Shown here: piece after piece, positions 1 through 11,452 of the stretch
Layout: every line of letters begins with the position of its first letter
Numbering within the stretch: position 1 is the first letter of the stretch
DNA from: Scyliorhinus canicula
Taxonomy: Eukaryota
Assembly: GCF_902713615.1 (NCBI RefSeq)
Contig: NC_052176.1
Location: forward strand, 2,418,001 to 2,482,000
Length of the DNA stretch: 64,000 bases
Reading direction: 5' to 3'
The notes under the pieces: model-generated
What the model saw: the letters and a program-made list of their open reading frames with translations, nothing else
Told to the model about the DNA's origin: nothing
Databases searched by the model: none
Program-made: the position numbers and the translations under genes

Positions 1-482
1 CGAGACGTTAACTCTCTCCACCAGCGCCGCCAGACCACGCGGCCATTTCCCAGCACGTTCTTTCTGCTCATCTTTCAAATCCCCGGCACCCGCAGTATTC
101 CGCTTTTCCCTCTCTCTCGTCGCCAGAGCCACTGCTTGGGCTGCCATTACAGTGAGGCAGTTCCAGTCAGGAGGGGCCGAATGGCAGGCTGCTGTGGCTC
201 AGGATTCCGGGATCCATGGCGCTCCCATCCCTCACTCTGACGAGAGTCCCCGGGGTGATTTGTGTCTGGATTGCTGTGAGGGGGAGAATGTTGCGGAGAC
301 GCTGTGAATGGTGTCAGAGTAAATTCACAGTCCATGGAAATAATTGGAGTCGTTCAAGCACAAATAAATTGGATTTCTTTCTTAAACAGTTGTCAAAAAC
401 CTTGATGAAAACCACATTCAGCAAAGTGTTACCAAATCAGACTGTGACATGAATATCTATGTACATATATATATATATTTAA

Positions 483-845
483 GGGCAGCACGGTAGCATT
501 GTCGATAGCACAATCGTTTCACAGCTCCAGGGTCCCAGGTTCGATTCCCGGCTGGGTCACTGTCTGTGCGGAGTCTGCACATCCTCCCCCTGTGTGCGTG
601 GGTTTCCTCCGGGTGCTCCGGTTTCCTCCCACAGTCCAAAGATGTGCAGGTTAGGGTGGATTGGCCGTGATAAATTGCCCTTAGTGTCCAAAATTGCCCT
701 TAGTGTTGGGTGGGGTTACTGGGTTATGGGGATAGGGTGGAGGTGTTAACCTTGGGTAGGGTGCTCTTTCCAGGAGCCGGTGCAGACTCGATGGGCTCAA
801 TGGCCTCCTTCTGCTCTAAATTCTATGAATAAATCTTCTATGAAT
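483..845 (+). mobile_element. tRNA-derived HE1/V-SINE-type SINE, full length, CR1-like tail
   Basis: tRNA-like head with B box (ggttcgattcc), conserved core GCGTGGGTTTCCTCCGGGTGCTCCGGTTTCCTCCCACA, tail ...aaattctatga. More than 25 related copies or fragments in the window. Confidence 0.85.
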
Positions 846-887
846 ATATATACACTGTTATATGCCAGACAATGGCTAGAACATAAC

Positions 888-1574
888 AGTTATGGGCCAG
901 GGTATAGAGAACCCCAAATTGTATCATGGAGTTCACCTGACCCACAACTTTTACTAGATTGTGGTATGGGGAGCACACGGCCCACTCTACGGGTGTGGTA
1001 CAGCAGAAACGGAAATGTACTTTTTTTCAATCAAAACAATGTTTTTTCTATGAACGCAAGTTAACCTTTTTAAAACATACAGTGAACATCTGAGCAACCA
1101 TTAATTCAAATACAACCCCCAAACACTAAGCCAACCTTTAAGCTTTCCTTTTTAACATCCATACGACTTAAAAACAAAACCTTTATCAAAAGCACATCAG
1201 GTTAAAGTCGCTACTGAGAACATTTGTAATTCTGAATTCACCAAATTATCAAGAGACAGTCTTTGGATGGCAGAGAGAACAGCAGCGCACCTGCTCTGCC
1301 TGGCTTCAGCTCCCACACTGAAAACAAAACTAAAACACACCCTGCAGCAAACAGCCTAAAATGAAAGTAAAAAGCTGACAAGGCAGCCTGGCTCCACCCA
1401 CACTCTGACATCACTGCAGTAATAAACACCCATTTCTTAAAGGTACTCTCACTACAGATATTTATATGGACACCCATTTATAAACACCCATTTCTTAAAG
1501 GTACTGTCACCACAGATACTTATATACACGCCCATTTATAAACACCTATTTCTTAAAGGTACTCTCACATGACA
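888..1574 (-). mobile_element. Solo LTR with 5-bp TSD ATAAC
   Basis: ATAAC at 883-887 and 1575-1579. Ends (a)gttatggg...catgaca. Homologous to 44065-44717. Internal tandem duplication at ~1420-1565. Confidence 0.75.
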
Positions 1575-1930
1575 ATAACACTCTCCCCCCCAGGGTGATG
1601 TACGCACAAAACAATAATTTTCCTGTCTCTCTCTCTCTCTTTAATTATTTCCAATCACCTCTTGATTTCCATTTGTTCGTGATGTTTTCTGTCTCTTTCT
1701 ATCTCTGGGATAGAGGGCAGCACACATTTTTTAAAAATATATTTTTATTCAAGGGCTCTTCAACAAAAATATAAAGATACAGGATGTCAAAAGGACAAGC
1801 AAATAGCATCAGAAAAACATCACATCAACCCAACAAACCAGCCCAACCCTCTGTCCCTCCTGACGCCAATCCCTCAACCACTCCCCATCTCCCCATTTTA
1901 ACTCCCTTCCACCCCCCACCTTGCTGACCC

Positions 1931-2331
1931 TGTTATATTACTCTTTTGCGAATATATCTCGTTAATCTTTGCTTCTGACCCAGCATGGTCTGATTCTGAA
2001 TAAAACCGCGAGCCTTCAACTTAAAGCAAACTAATTGATTGAGTAACAATTGATTAATATTGAGTTTGCACGCTCCACAGAACTATAATCAAGTAATTTA
2101 TATTAAAGTATTAACTAATTCAAACTATAGGTGCTAAACTATGCTGTGATCTATCTATCTAACACTCTGTTGTCTAGTCACTCCTGGCTAGAAGATTCAG
2201 AGAGAGAGAGACCAAGATCCTCTGGGTGTTCGTATTTATAGTCGGATCCAGTGGTGCCCTCTAGTGGTTGTGTTACACTGAGATGTAATCATTAAACCCT
2301 TTAGTTATCGACAGATATACATATCGTTACA
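1931..2331 (-). mobile_element. Solo LTR inserted in the L1-like fragment
   Basis: TGTTA...TTACA termini, flanked by GACCC/GATCC (TSD with one mismatch). Confidence 0.65.
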
Positions 2332-2563
2332 GATCCCTCAATCCTCCTTGAAGGGATCAATAAACGGTTTCCGTCTCCGGTTAGCCCTCTACCGTTACCC
2401 CTCGCAGAGCGAACCGGATCTTCTCCGATCGCAGGAATTCTGCCAGATCACTCACACTAACCCCTGCCTTCGGAGGCGCCGAGTCCCACCAACACAACCA
2501 GACCCATCTCCGGGATATCAGGGAGGCAAAGGCCAATCAAACATCGGTACAAACATCGCCCCC

Positions 2564-2954
2564 TGTCATAATATGCACATTATGAGGTAAAAGCAGGCAG
2601 TGACAGACACCCAGGTGAGCCAATCAACATACAGAACAGAACACGTCCAATCACAAGACAGAACACCAGACACACGAGGCATCAGCACTCCGTCTCTCTT
2701 TCCACTGGTGACAACTGTAGTGACAGTCAGGGTGTACAAATCAGTCAACACCTTCTATATGCGGATCAGAGCTAGCCTGGTCTAGATCGTTAGAGTTAGT
2801 TTACTTAGAGTAGTAGAGTCAACCCACAGGCAGCTGTGTGCTTCGTTACTGAAGTTCGATAAATCTTATTGAACCATCGCCTATGTTTGGTCTATGCTTG
2901 ATCGTTTCACTGCATCGTGTTGCAGTCCGTGTTACCCCAGAGTGAATAACACAA
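2564..2954 (+). mobile_element. Solo LTR inserted in the L1-like fragment
   Basis: TGTCATAAT...AACACA termini, C-rich target on both sides, internal CCAAT and a poly(A)-like signal. Confidence 0.6.
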
Positions 2955-5309
2955 CCCCCACACGCAGACCCTCAGACAACAGGTCCGAGAATCCCTGCCA
3001 GAACCCTCTCAATATTGGATATCTCCGGAACATGGGGATGTGATTCACGCCCCCCCCCCCCCCCAACATCGGTGCACCACCCAAACCTATCTTCCACCCC
3101 CTCAAAAACTCTGCCCACCCTCGCCACCGTCATGCAGGCCCCACTTCAAACTGGATGAGGCTTCACCTCACGCTCGACGAGGACGCACTCTCCCTCCGCA
3201 AGGCCTCAGCCCACGTTCTGGCCCGCACCTCCCCACCCAACTCCTCCTCCCATTTACCCTTCACCTCCTCCGCCAGGGCGGCCCTCCCTCTCCCTCAGCT
3301 CCTGGCAAATACCTTCCCCTCCCCCCCCCTTTTCCGTCCTCCGACAGAAGCTTATCCGGCGGCGCAGGAGACGGCAGCCCCGAGACGGACAGAACCCCTC
3401 TCCGCACACGATCCCGAACCTGCAAGGTACCGCAACCCGTGGGCAACCCGTACATTTCGCTCCAGCTCCTCCAGCCCCGCAAATTTGCCCCCCCCCCCGT
3501 AAAACAAGTCCCTGAAGTATTCGATTCCCGCCTGCCGTCACCCCAGGAACCTCACACCCCGGCACAAAGATATGGTTATCACAGATAGGCACCCACAGCG
3601 ACATGCCCGCCAACCCCAAGTGCTGCTTACGCTGCCCCCACACACCCTCAGAGCCACTGGGCTAACGGAGTACCTGGCCGGCGGGAACGGCAGAGGCGCC
3701 AACAACAAAGCCCTCAAAAGCGTTCCGCGACACCATGCCGCATCCGCCGGTCCCCAAACCCACCTCTCCCCCACAGCCCATTTCCTCACCATCGCAATCT
3801 TTGCAGCTCAATCATTTATCAAATTCGGTAATGCCAGTCCCTCCCCCCCCCCCCCCCCTCGCCCCCCAACGCCTGCGGGGCCTTCCCCGCCCACACAAGC
3901 CCCCGAGGTCAACCCACTGACTTTGCTGAAGAATGACTTAGGGACAAGGATGGGGAGGTTCTAAAACGCCAACAGAAGCCTCAGCCTCACCGTCATTGTC
4001 ACTGCCTGCCCCACGCTCGCCCCACCAGCGACAACAAAACATCCCACCTCCTAAAATCCACCTTCATCCCCTCCGCCAATCGGGCCACGTTCAACCTATG
4101 CAGCTGGGCCAGGCTCCGCGCCAATTGTTAGCACCGCTGTCTCATGGAGCCGAGGTTCGATCCCGGCCCCGGGTCTCCGTCCGCGTGGAGCTTGCGTATT
4201 CATCCTCCGTGTCTGCGTGGGTCTCACCCCTCCCACAACCCAAAAAAAAGATGCGCGGGGTTAGGTGGATTGGCCGCGTTAAATTGCCCCTTCGTCGGGG
4301 GGGGGGAAAAAAAATAACTGGGTGCTCTAAATTTAGTTTGAAAAAAAGGAAAGCTGTCGACCGTCCCAAGGGCGGCCGCCGAATTCGTCCACCGCTAACA
4401 ACGCCCTTGAGCAGAGTTTTCAGCGCAGGTTGTTGGGCGTGGAGTGAGCCTGAAGGCTCCGCAGTGTGGTGCAAACTTGCAACAAGTTAACACAGCAGGG
4501 TTCATCTGCAAAGCGCCTCGGGACACCTTGAGGTCGCGGAAAACCTTTTTTCGACTTTCTTGTTTTAAAGCATTGGGTCTGTTTGACAGCATTCCCCAAA
4601 TACCACAGCAAGGCACGAAGCAAAGTCATAACCGCCAGACAGATCTGAAAGATTTGAGAGACGTCGATTATCTTTTAATGAGCCAGGTTAACTGGGGCCA
4701 GAATGTTTGAAACGCAGCCAAAATAGTGAAGTTCAATATCCACCGATAATTGCCTTCCAAATCATTTTTATTTAGTGACCAAGGAGTTGGCCGCAATCTA
4801 TTCCCTTGGCAGGATTTCTCATGGCTCTCGCCCCCCCCCCCCCCCCCCCCCCCCGACCCAAAGATGTGCAGGGCAGCTGGATCGGCCACGCTAAATTGCC
4901 CCTTATTTGGAAAAATTGGAACAGAAACCGAACGCAAGTCTTTCATCTCATCTCTTGGCAGCAGAGCTTCGCTCCCACCACTAGAGGACAGCAGAGGCTG
5001 TGAATCTGCTGCACAGCTCGCTGGCCCCATCCGGTGGACAAGAGCTCCTACTGCAGCGAATTGCTCTCCGCCAATGCTGCCGAGGAGCCTCGGAGATTTG
5101 CTGCAGTCCCGGCGGTGCAGGGACTGGATCATGCAGGGGGCTTTCACAGTAACTTCATTGCACTGTTAATGTAAGCCTACTTGTGACACTGATAAAGATT
5201 AATATATATCCGCAGTGCAGGACAACGCCCTTCGGCCCATCGAGTCTGCACTGACCGTCTGAACGAGCATCCTACCTTGGCTCATTCACCCCACCCTAAC
5301 ACCACAACC

Positions 5310-6350
5310 TCCCCCAGTGCAGTGAGCCCCCCCTCCCCCAGAGCAGTGAGCCCCCCCCTCCCCCAGAGCAGTGAGCCCCCCCTCCCCAGAGCAGTGAGCC
5401 CCCCCTCCCCCAGAGCAGTGAGCCCACCCTCCCCCAGAGCAGTGAGCCCCCCCTCCCCCAGTGCAGTGAGCCCCCCCAGTGCAGTGAGCCCCCCCCTCCC
5501 CCAGTGCAGTGAGCCCCCCCTCCCCCAGTGCAGTGAGCCCCCCCTCCCCCAGAGCAGTGAGCCCCCCCCTCCCCCAGTGCAGTGAGCCCCCCCAGTGCAG
5601 TGAGCCCCCCCTCCCCCAGTGCAGTGAGCCCCCCCTCCCCCAGAGCAGTGAGCCCCCCCTCCCCCAGAGCAGTGAGCCCCCCCTCCCCAGAGCAGTGAGC
5701 CCCCCCTCCCCCAGAGCAGTGAGCCCACCCTCCCCCAGAGCAGTGAGCCCCCCCTCCCCCAGTGCAGTGAGCCCCCCCAGTGCAGTGAGCCCCCCCTCCC
5801 CCAGTGCAGTGAGCCCCCCCTCCCCCAGTGCAGTGAGCCCCCCCTCCCCCAGAGCAGTGAGCCCCCCCTCCCCCAGTGCAGTGAGCCCCCCTCCCCAGTG
5901 CAGTGAGCCCCCCCTCCCCCAGTGCAGTGAGCCCCCCCCTCCCCCAGTGCAGTGAGCCCCCCCTCCCCCAGAGCAGTGAGCCCCCCCTCCCCCAGAGCAG
6001 TGAGCCCCCCCTCCCCCAGTGCAGTGAGCTCCCCAGTGCAGTGAGCCCCCCCTCCCCAGTGCAGTGAGCCCCCCCCTCCCCCAGTGCAGTGAGCCCCCCT
6101 CCCCCAGCGCAGTGAGCCCCCCCTCCCCCAGTGCAGTGAGCTCCCCCAGTGCAGTGAGCCCCCACCAGTGCAGTGAGCCCCCCCTCCCCCAGTGCAGTGA
6201 GCCCCCCCCTCCCCCAGGGCAGTGAGCCCCCCCCTCCCCCAGGGCAGTGAGCCCCCCCCTCCCCCAGGGCAGTGAGCCCCCCCCTCCCCCAGGGCAGTGT
6301 GCCCCCCCTCCCCCAGTGCAGTGAGCCCCCCCCCTCCCCCAGAGCAGTGA
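5310..6350. repeat. C-rich minisatellite, ~24-bp unit CCCCAG(T/A)GCAGTGAGCCCCCCT
   Basis: Over 40 directly visible tandem units. Confidence 0.95.
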
Positions 6351-6379
6351 GATGGGATTTCTGAATCAGCTGCTGCACT

Positions 6380-6800
6380 GCAGGAACTACATTGACCAGA
6401 AGGCTTTGCGGGCAACGGAGGCGCGCAGGCGCACCAATCGCTACTCCTCAAACCTTTTTAATTTCCATCGCTATTCGGGTCACATGTGTTGTTTGTAGGG
6501 TGATGGGGCTTGACGGGAAAATAAAAGCAAAAAAATGAAGAAGACGAAAAGAATAAATAAACCGTTCGATTTGAAGCTATCGCCGTGGGTGCGCATGCGT
6601 TCCCCGGCGCCCGATCAGAGCGCCTGCGCAGGGTGCCGGCACGGCTGCCAGTTATGCGCAGGCGCAGCCGGGCCCACTCCCGTGTTTGTGCGCAGGCGCG
6701 GGATCTGCTCGAGCCCCGCCCTCCCCCGGATCGAGTTGAAGCTCCGGCGGCGGCGGCGGCGGTGAGTAAGGGAGCGGCGGGGCTGAGGGTGTTTGGGGGG
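6380..6800 (+). promoter_or_regulatory. CpG-island promoter of GPR137 with five NRF1-type sites, a ZNF143/SBS-like motif and a CCAAT box
   Basis: CpG-rich. NRF1-like TGCGCA(T/G)GCGC variants at 6422, 6590, 6619, 6655 and 6689. ACTACATTGACCAGAAGGC at 6386-6404 resembles ACTACAnnnCCCAGAATGC. CCAAT at 6434 and a GC box at ~6714. Confidence 0.75.
6700..6761 (+). other. GPR137: Putative non-coding first exon of GPR137 (start approximate)
   Basis: (GGC)n tract ending in a strong donor GCG|GTGAGT (GT at 6762) within the CpG island. Confidence 0.6.
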
Positions 6801-6804
6801 GGTT

Positions 6805-7555
6805 GGGGGGCAGGGTGAGGGGGTCAAGGGGGGGCAGGGTGAGGGGGTCAAGGGGGTGGCAGGGTGAGGGGGCCAAGGGGGGGCAGGGTGAGGGGGTCAA
6901 GGGGGGCAGGGTGAGGGGGCCAAGGGGGGGCAGGGTGAGGGGGTCAAGGGGGGCAGGGTGACGGGGATCAAGGGGGGCAGGGTGACGGGGATCAAGGGGG
7001 GCAGGGTGAGGGGGTCAAGGGGGGGCAGGGTGAGGGGGGTCAAAGGGTGAGGGGGTCAAGGGGGGGCAGGGTGAGGGGGTCAAGGGGGGGCAGGGTGAGG
7101 GGGTCAAGGGGGGGCAGGGTGAGGGGGTCAAGGGGGGCAGGGTGACGGGGATCAAGGGGGGCAGGGTGAGGGGGTCAAGGGGGGGCAGGGTGAGGGGGTC
7201 AAGGGGGGGCAGGGTGAGGGGGTCAAAGGGTGAGGGGGTCAAGGGGGGGCAGGGTGAGGGGGTCAAGGGGGGGCAGGGTGACGGGGATCAAGGGGGGCAT
7301 GGTGAGGGGGGTCAAAGGGGGCAGGGTGAGGGGGTTGATGGGGGCTGGGTGAGAGGGGTCAAGGGTGAGGGTGGTCATGGGGGGGGCAGGGTGAGGGGGA
7401 TCAAGGGAGGCAGGGTAAGGGGGCAGGGTGAGGGGGGTCAAGGGTGGCAGGGTGAGGGGGGTCAAGGGTGGCTGGGTGAGGGGGCCGAGGGGTCTGGGTG
7501 AGGGGGTCAAGGGGGGGCAGGGTGAGGGGGGTCAAGGGGGGCAGGGTGAGGGGGG
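6805..7555. repeat. G-rich minisatellite, ~24-25-bp unit GGGGGCAGGGTGAGGGGGTCAA
   Basis: About 30 visible tandem units running into the N gap. Confidence 0.95.
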
Positions 7556-8055
7556 NNNNNNNNNNNNNNNNNNNNNNNNNNNNNNNNNNNNNNNNNNNNN
7601 NNNNNNNNNNNNNNNNNNNNNNNNNNNNNNNNNNNNNNNNNNNNNNNNNNNNNNNNNNNNNNNNNNNNNNNNNNNNNNNNNNNNNNNNNNNNNNNNNNNN
7701 NNNNNNNNNNNNNNNNNNNNNNNNNNNNNNNNNNNNNNNNNNNNNNNNNNNNNNNNNNNNNNNNNNNNNNNNNNNNNNNNNNNNNNNNNNNNNNNNNNNN
7801 NNNNNNNNNNNNNNNNNNNNNNNNNNNNNNNNNNNNNNNNNNNNNNNNNNNNNNNNNNNNNNNNNNNNNNNNNNNNNNNNNNNNNNNNNNNNNNNNNNNN
7901 NNNNNNNNNNNNNNNNNNNNNNNNNNNNNNNNNNNNNNNNNNNNNNNNNNNNNNNNNNNNNNNNNNNNNNNNNNNNNNNNNNNNNNNNNNNNNNNNNNNN
8001 NNNNNNNNNNNNNNNNNNNNNNNNNNNNNNNNNNNNNNNNNNNNNNNNNNNNNNN
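7556..8055. other. Assembly gap (500 N)
   Basis: Run of n characters. Confidence 1.
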
Positions 8056-8540
8056 CCCTGCACCACAATGAGTTCCTGCACTGATGGCCCCCGGGTGTGC
8101 CTCTGGGCACTCCTTCCTGTCTTTCGTTTGCCCGACGCCGACCGGGCTTCTGGAGCAACTGCTCCCGTCGGTAGGAGCATCCCAGCGGGGTCGCCTTTCC
8201 GGCATGTCCTGGCGGCAGCCTGGAGTCGTCCAACATCCCCCCCGTCGACTCGCAGGAGTTCCCCGGCTTGCGAGGGACCAGGAGGGCGGCAAACGCAACG
8301 GGAGACTTTGTCGGGGTCATGCAGGGGCCGAGTTGGGGTGTCGGACGGGGTGGGGCCGCCACAAAACCGCCCAACAGCTCATCCGCCCCCCCTCCAGCTC
8401 ACACCTTGCCCTGACTGCGGCCGAGTCCGTGCATTGGACTTCCCAGCCATCCTCCGAACCCATCGACCTGCAGCGGAAATGAGTCGCCCTCGAACCTGGG
8501 GGGGGGGGGGGGGGGGGGGGGGGACCGGCTAAGAAGAAGA
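8056..8540 (+). mobile_element. Degraded RTE-clade LINE 3' end
   Basis: Remnants resembling VRMPDxRLPKQLL, FRHVL..SNIP and a C-terminal CPDCGRV...LRTH zinc knuckle. Ends TAAGAAGAAGA. Confidence 0.65.
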
Positions 8541-9899
8541 GCTCCTGTCCTTAAGTCCGCAGACCTGTCATCCCTCCCTCAGCCGTGGCCCAGAACTACA
8601 ATCGGACCGTCTAATCAGATGCGTGGTTGGTTAAATGCAGAGTAAAACAAACCGCCGTCTCCATGGCCCTTGGGGAGCGATCGACCATCTTCGGCTGAAT
8701 AAGGGGGCGGGTTTCCTGTTGCGGGTCTAGGTATCGCTTTGTCGTCCTGAAGATTTGTTTGGGTCGAGCAATAAAGCTGCTGGGTCCCGAGGGTGTGGAA
8801 GGGTTAGGGTTTTGGGAATGCGACCGGTTTACTGATCGGCAGGCCGCTTTATCTTCCTCGTCGTCAGTACTGTAACGCCATCGCAATGCTGCCCACCTTG
8901 GCCACTAGCCCCCAGCAGCCACTGAACTTGGCCCAGAGGGTGCCCTGTTGGACGGGATTGGATTTGTTTATTGTCGCACGTACCCAGGTACGGTGAAAAG
9001 TATTTTTCTGTGAGCAGCTCAACAGATCGTTCAGTACATGTGAGTCGTCCGCTGCTGCCACGTCCAGCTTCGTTGGGGGTTTCTTTTTTTGACTGTAGTT
9101 CTGGGACAGGGCAGAGAGAGGGGTGGCTGAGAGCAGAATGCATGCCACGACACCGAGCGGGGGTCGGTTCCAGCCTCCGGTGGGGGTTCCCCTTCGGGCC
9201 CAATCCCGACATTCACACATCCCGGGCAAGCTGTCGGGGCGAGAAAGCCACTTACGTAATGGCTGAATAATAATGGTGCAGACGAGGCCCTTCGGCCCAT
9301 CGAGTCCGCGCCGACGGAACGATTTGCTTTTTGCCGCTCCCTGTTGTTTCCCGTTCACCGCTCTGTAAACGTCTCTAATTCGCCCGAACCGTCCCGGTGG
9401 GCCGGATTCCCCGCAGTGCCAGCGATTCTCTGCCGGGTTGGGGGAATTGGCTTGTTGGCAATGGGCTCCTTAAACCGGGGAAAGCAGTAGAGGGTTCGGT
9501 GTGCCGAACGGCGGGAGCTGATGGCTCGAGGTGCAGAGTCGCATCGGGTGGGTGTGATTGCCGGCGTTGTGATTTCGCCCAGGATTTCAGAAGGGTCTCG
9601 TTAGACTCGGAAGAGCATTAAAAGTGATTTGTTATCTCCTGCACCCTGTGATGATTTGATCGCTTAAACCCACACTCCTAATCATTTGCTACCGACGTTG
9701 ATTTGATTATAAATGCAATCCAAGCTGGCGTTGTTATCGCTGGAAGGTGTGCATTTTATTTCCCCCCCCCCAAATTCCCCCCCCCTCCTGACTCAGTTCC
9801 CGGGGAAACGGGCACAGTAATTGCGCTCGATCATTGAGTTTTCGCCAAAGGGCTTTCCCCATTTCTGTCACGTTCCTTTCCCTGAAAATGCCCAACCCT

Positions 9900-10030
9900 G
9901 TCCTTGCCGACACAAATCAGTGTTGGACTTTGTCCAGATCAAAACTGGAATACTGCGAGCAGATTCTGCCTCCATATTTGAAGAAGGCTATACGTGCACT
10001 GGAGGAGGTACCGAGAACGTTCAGTAGATT
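9900..10030 (+). mobile_element. Degraded CR1 RT fragment
   Basis: LSRSKLEYCEQILPPYLKKAIRALEEVPRTFSRL resembles [34 protein letters not shown]. Confidence 0.65.
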
Positions 10031-11226
10031 GTGTCCTTCCCCCCCCCCCCCCCCCCCCGGCCTCGGCCTCCACATTCTCCCCGTGTCTGCGTGGGTTTCC
10101 TCCGGGTGCTCCGGTTTCCTCCCACAGTCCAAAGGTGTGCAGGTTAGGGTGGATTGGCCGCGCTAAATTGCGCATTAATGTCCAGGGATGGGCAGGTTAG
10201 ATTCTGGGTTACAGGAATAGGGCGGGGTGGAGTGTAAATGGGTAGAGTGCTCGTTCGAAGGGCCGGCGCAGACCTCGATGGGCCGAATGGCCTCCTTCTG
10301 CACTGTCGGGATTCAATGATTCTGTGAACCGTGGCGAGTTTTTGCGGTGCATCTTGTAGACGGGACACACGGCTGCCACTGTGCGTCGGTGGGGGAGGGA
10401 GTGAATGTTTGTGGGTGGGGGAGCAATCAAGCGGGGCTGGATGAAGGTCTGACTTTACTCAAAGGGTTGTTAACTTTTGGAGTTCTCTACCCCAGAGGGA
10501 TGCTCCGTTGTTGAGTGCAAACGAGGCCGGGGTAGGAGGATCTTTGGTGTCTCAGGGAATTAAAGTCACAGGATGTGGAGAGTGCAGCCAAGTCCTGAAA
10601 CAGCCACATTGGCGCTGAATGGTGGAGCAGTCTCGAGGGGCCGAATGGCCTACTCCTGCTGCGGTCTTGCGGGAGAGGCCAAGTGTCCCGAATGATCTGA
10701 GCCCCGACACTGAGTGGGAGCGGAGCGCGACGCTGCCGAGCTTTGCTTCTTGCCCTGCCGGGGAAGCGCCGCGCGCCGCGTTGTCCAGTCTGGGTTACAG
10801 GACGGTGACGAGAAACAGTCTCTGTCTCTCCCAGGCCCAACACCGCAAAAGCCGTGTTTGCCATTGCAAGGTTACGCAGCGTGCGATGGAACAAAGACCG
10901 AAAACTCTGGGGGTACAGAACAGCTCTGTGGAGAGGGAGGGATAGAGTCCCCGTGTTTCGAGTCTGATGGGAGGCTGCAGACCTGAAGAGTTAACTCTGT
11001 TCCCTTCCAAGTCTGGAGAGTTTCCCATCATTTTCCGTTATTTTAGAGTCCGACATCCGCGGCATTTTACTCGTGCGGTATTAATCTGTGGCGGGCTGCT
11101 GCGTGCAAGTGATGCTCTTTAAATGTGACCTGTTGAGGATTGACGAAGGCGGGGGAAGGGTGTCTCGTCTCTTCTGGCTTCCCCGACAAAATTTTTTTTT
11201 AAAACCCCCACGTTTGTGACTTGCAG

Positions 11227-11452
11227 GCTTCCTGTCCGATTGGTCTTCCTCGCTGTGAGCTTGCTGTTTCTGACGGTCAACCTGACCTGTGCCTTGCTCG
11301 TGAAGATCCAGCACGCGGAGACCAAAAACGTTGTCCTGGTCCGGGTGATCATCAACGACTCGCTGTTTGTCGTCTGCGCCATCACTCTGGCGGCCTGCCT
11401 CTACGTCATTGCTAAAACCTCGCCCTCGACCAGTATCTACCTGGAATCCAAG
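11227..11452 (+). CDS. GPR137: GPR137 internal coding exon (LPVRLVFLAVSLLFLTVNLTCALL...SPSTSIYLESK)
   Basis: ttgcag| acceptor and AAG|gtaac donor; 226 nt, phase 2 to 0. Peptide matches the GPR137 family (SLLFLLVN, NDSLFVICA, STSIYLEAK). Confidence 0.93.

Larger units (their letters stand above)
1735..4125 (-). mobile_element. Degraded L1/Tx1-like LINE 3' portion interrupted by two LTRs
   Basis: A-rich tail with AATAAA on the minus strand at ~1740. ORF2-like remnant SLWVPICDNHIFVPG (ORF 3254-3643). Confidence 0.55.

Noticed and set aside
483-560. tRNA-like sequences here and at many SINE heads
   Set aside because: They continue into SINE core and tail and do not form complete cloverleafs, so they are not tRNA genes.
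457-639. Recurring MDCGRKPEHPEETHA... ORFs
   Set aside because: Antisense translations of the SINE core.
1-5300. Search for BAD or another divergent gene's exons on the minus strand
   Set aside because: No recognisable peptide or convincing exon; the region is mostly repeats.
5277-6451. Long Gly/Pro-rich ORFs (up to 389 aa)
   Set aside because: Translations of the 24-bp minisatellite, open in several frames on both strands.
8085-8160. VCLWALLPVFRLPDADRA as a possible GPR137 exon 1 (LCLLWAAL...)
   Set aside because: Better explained as part of a degraded RTE LINE; no other GPR137 motifs or splice sites.
7401-8532. ORFs of 218-344 aa
   Set aside because: They span the N gap and are artefacts.
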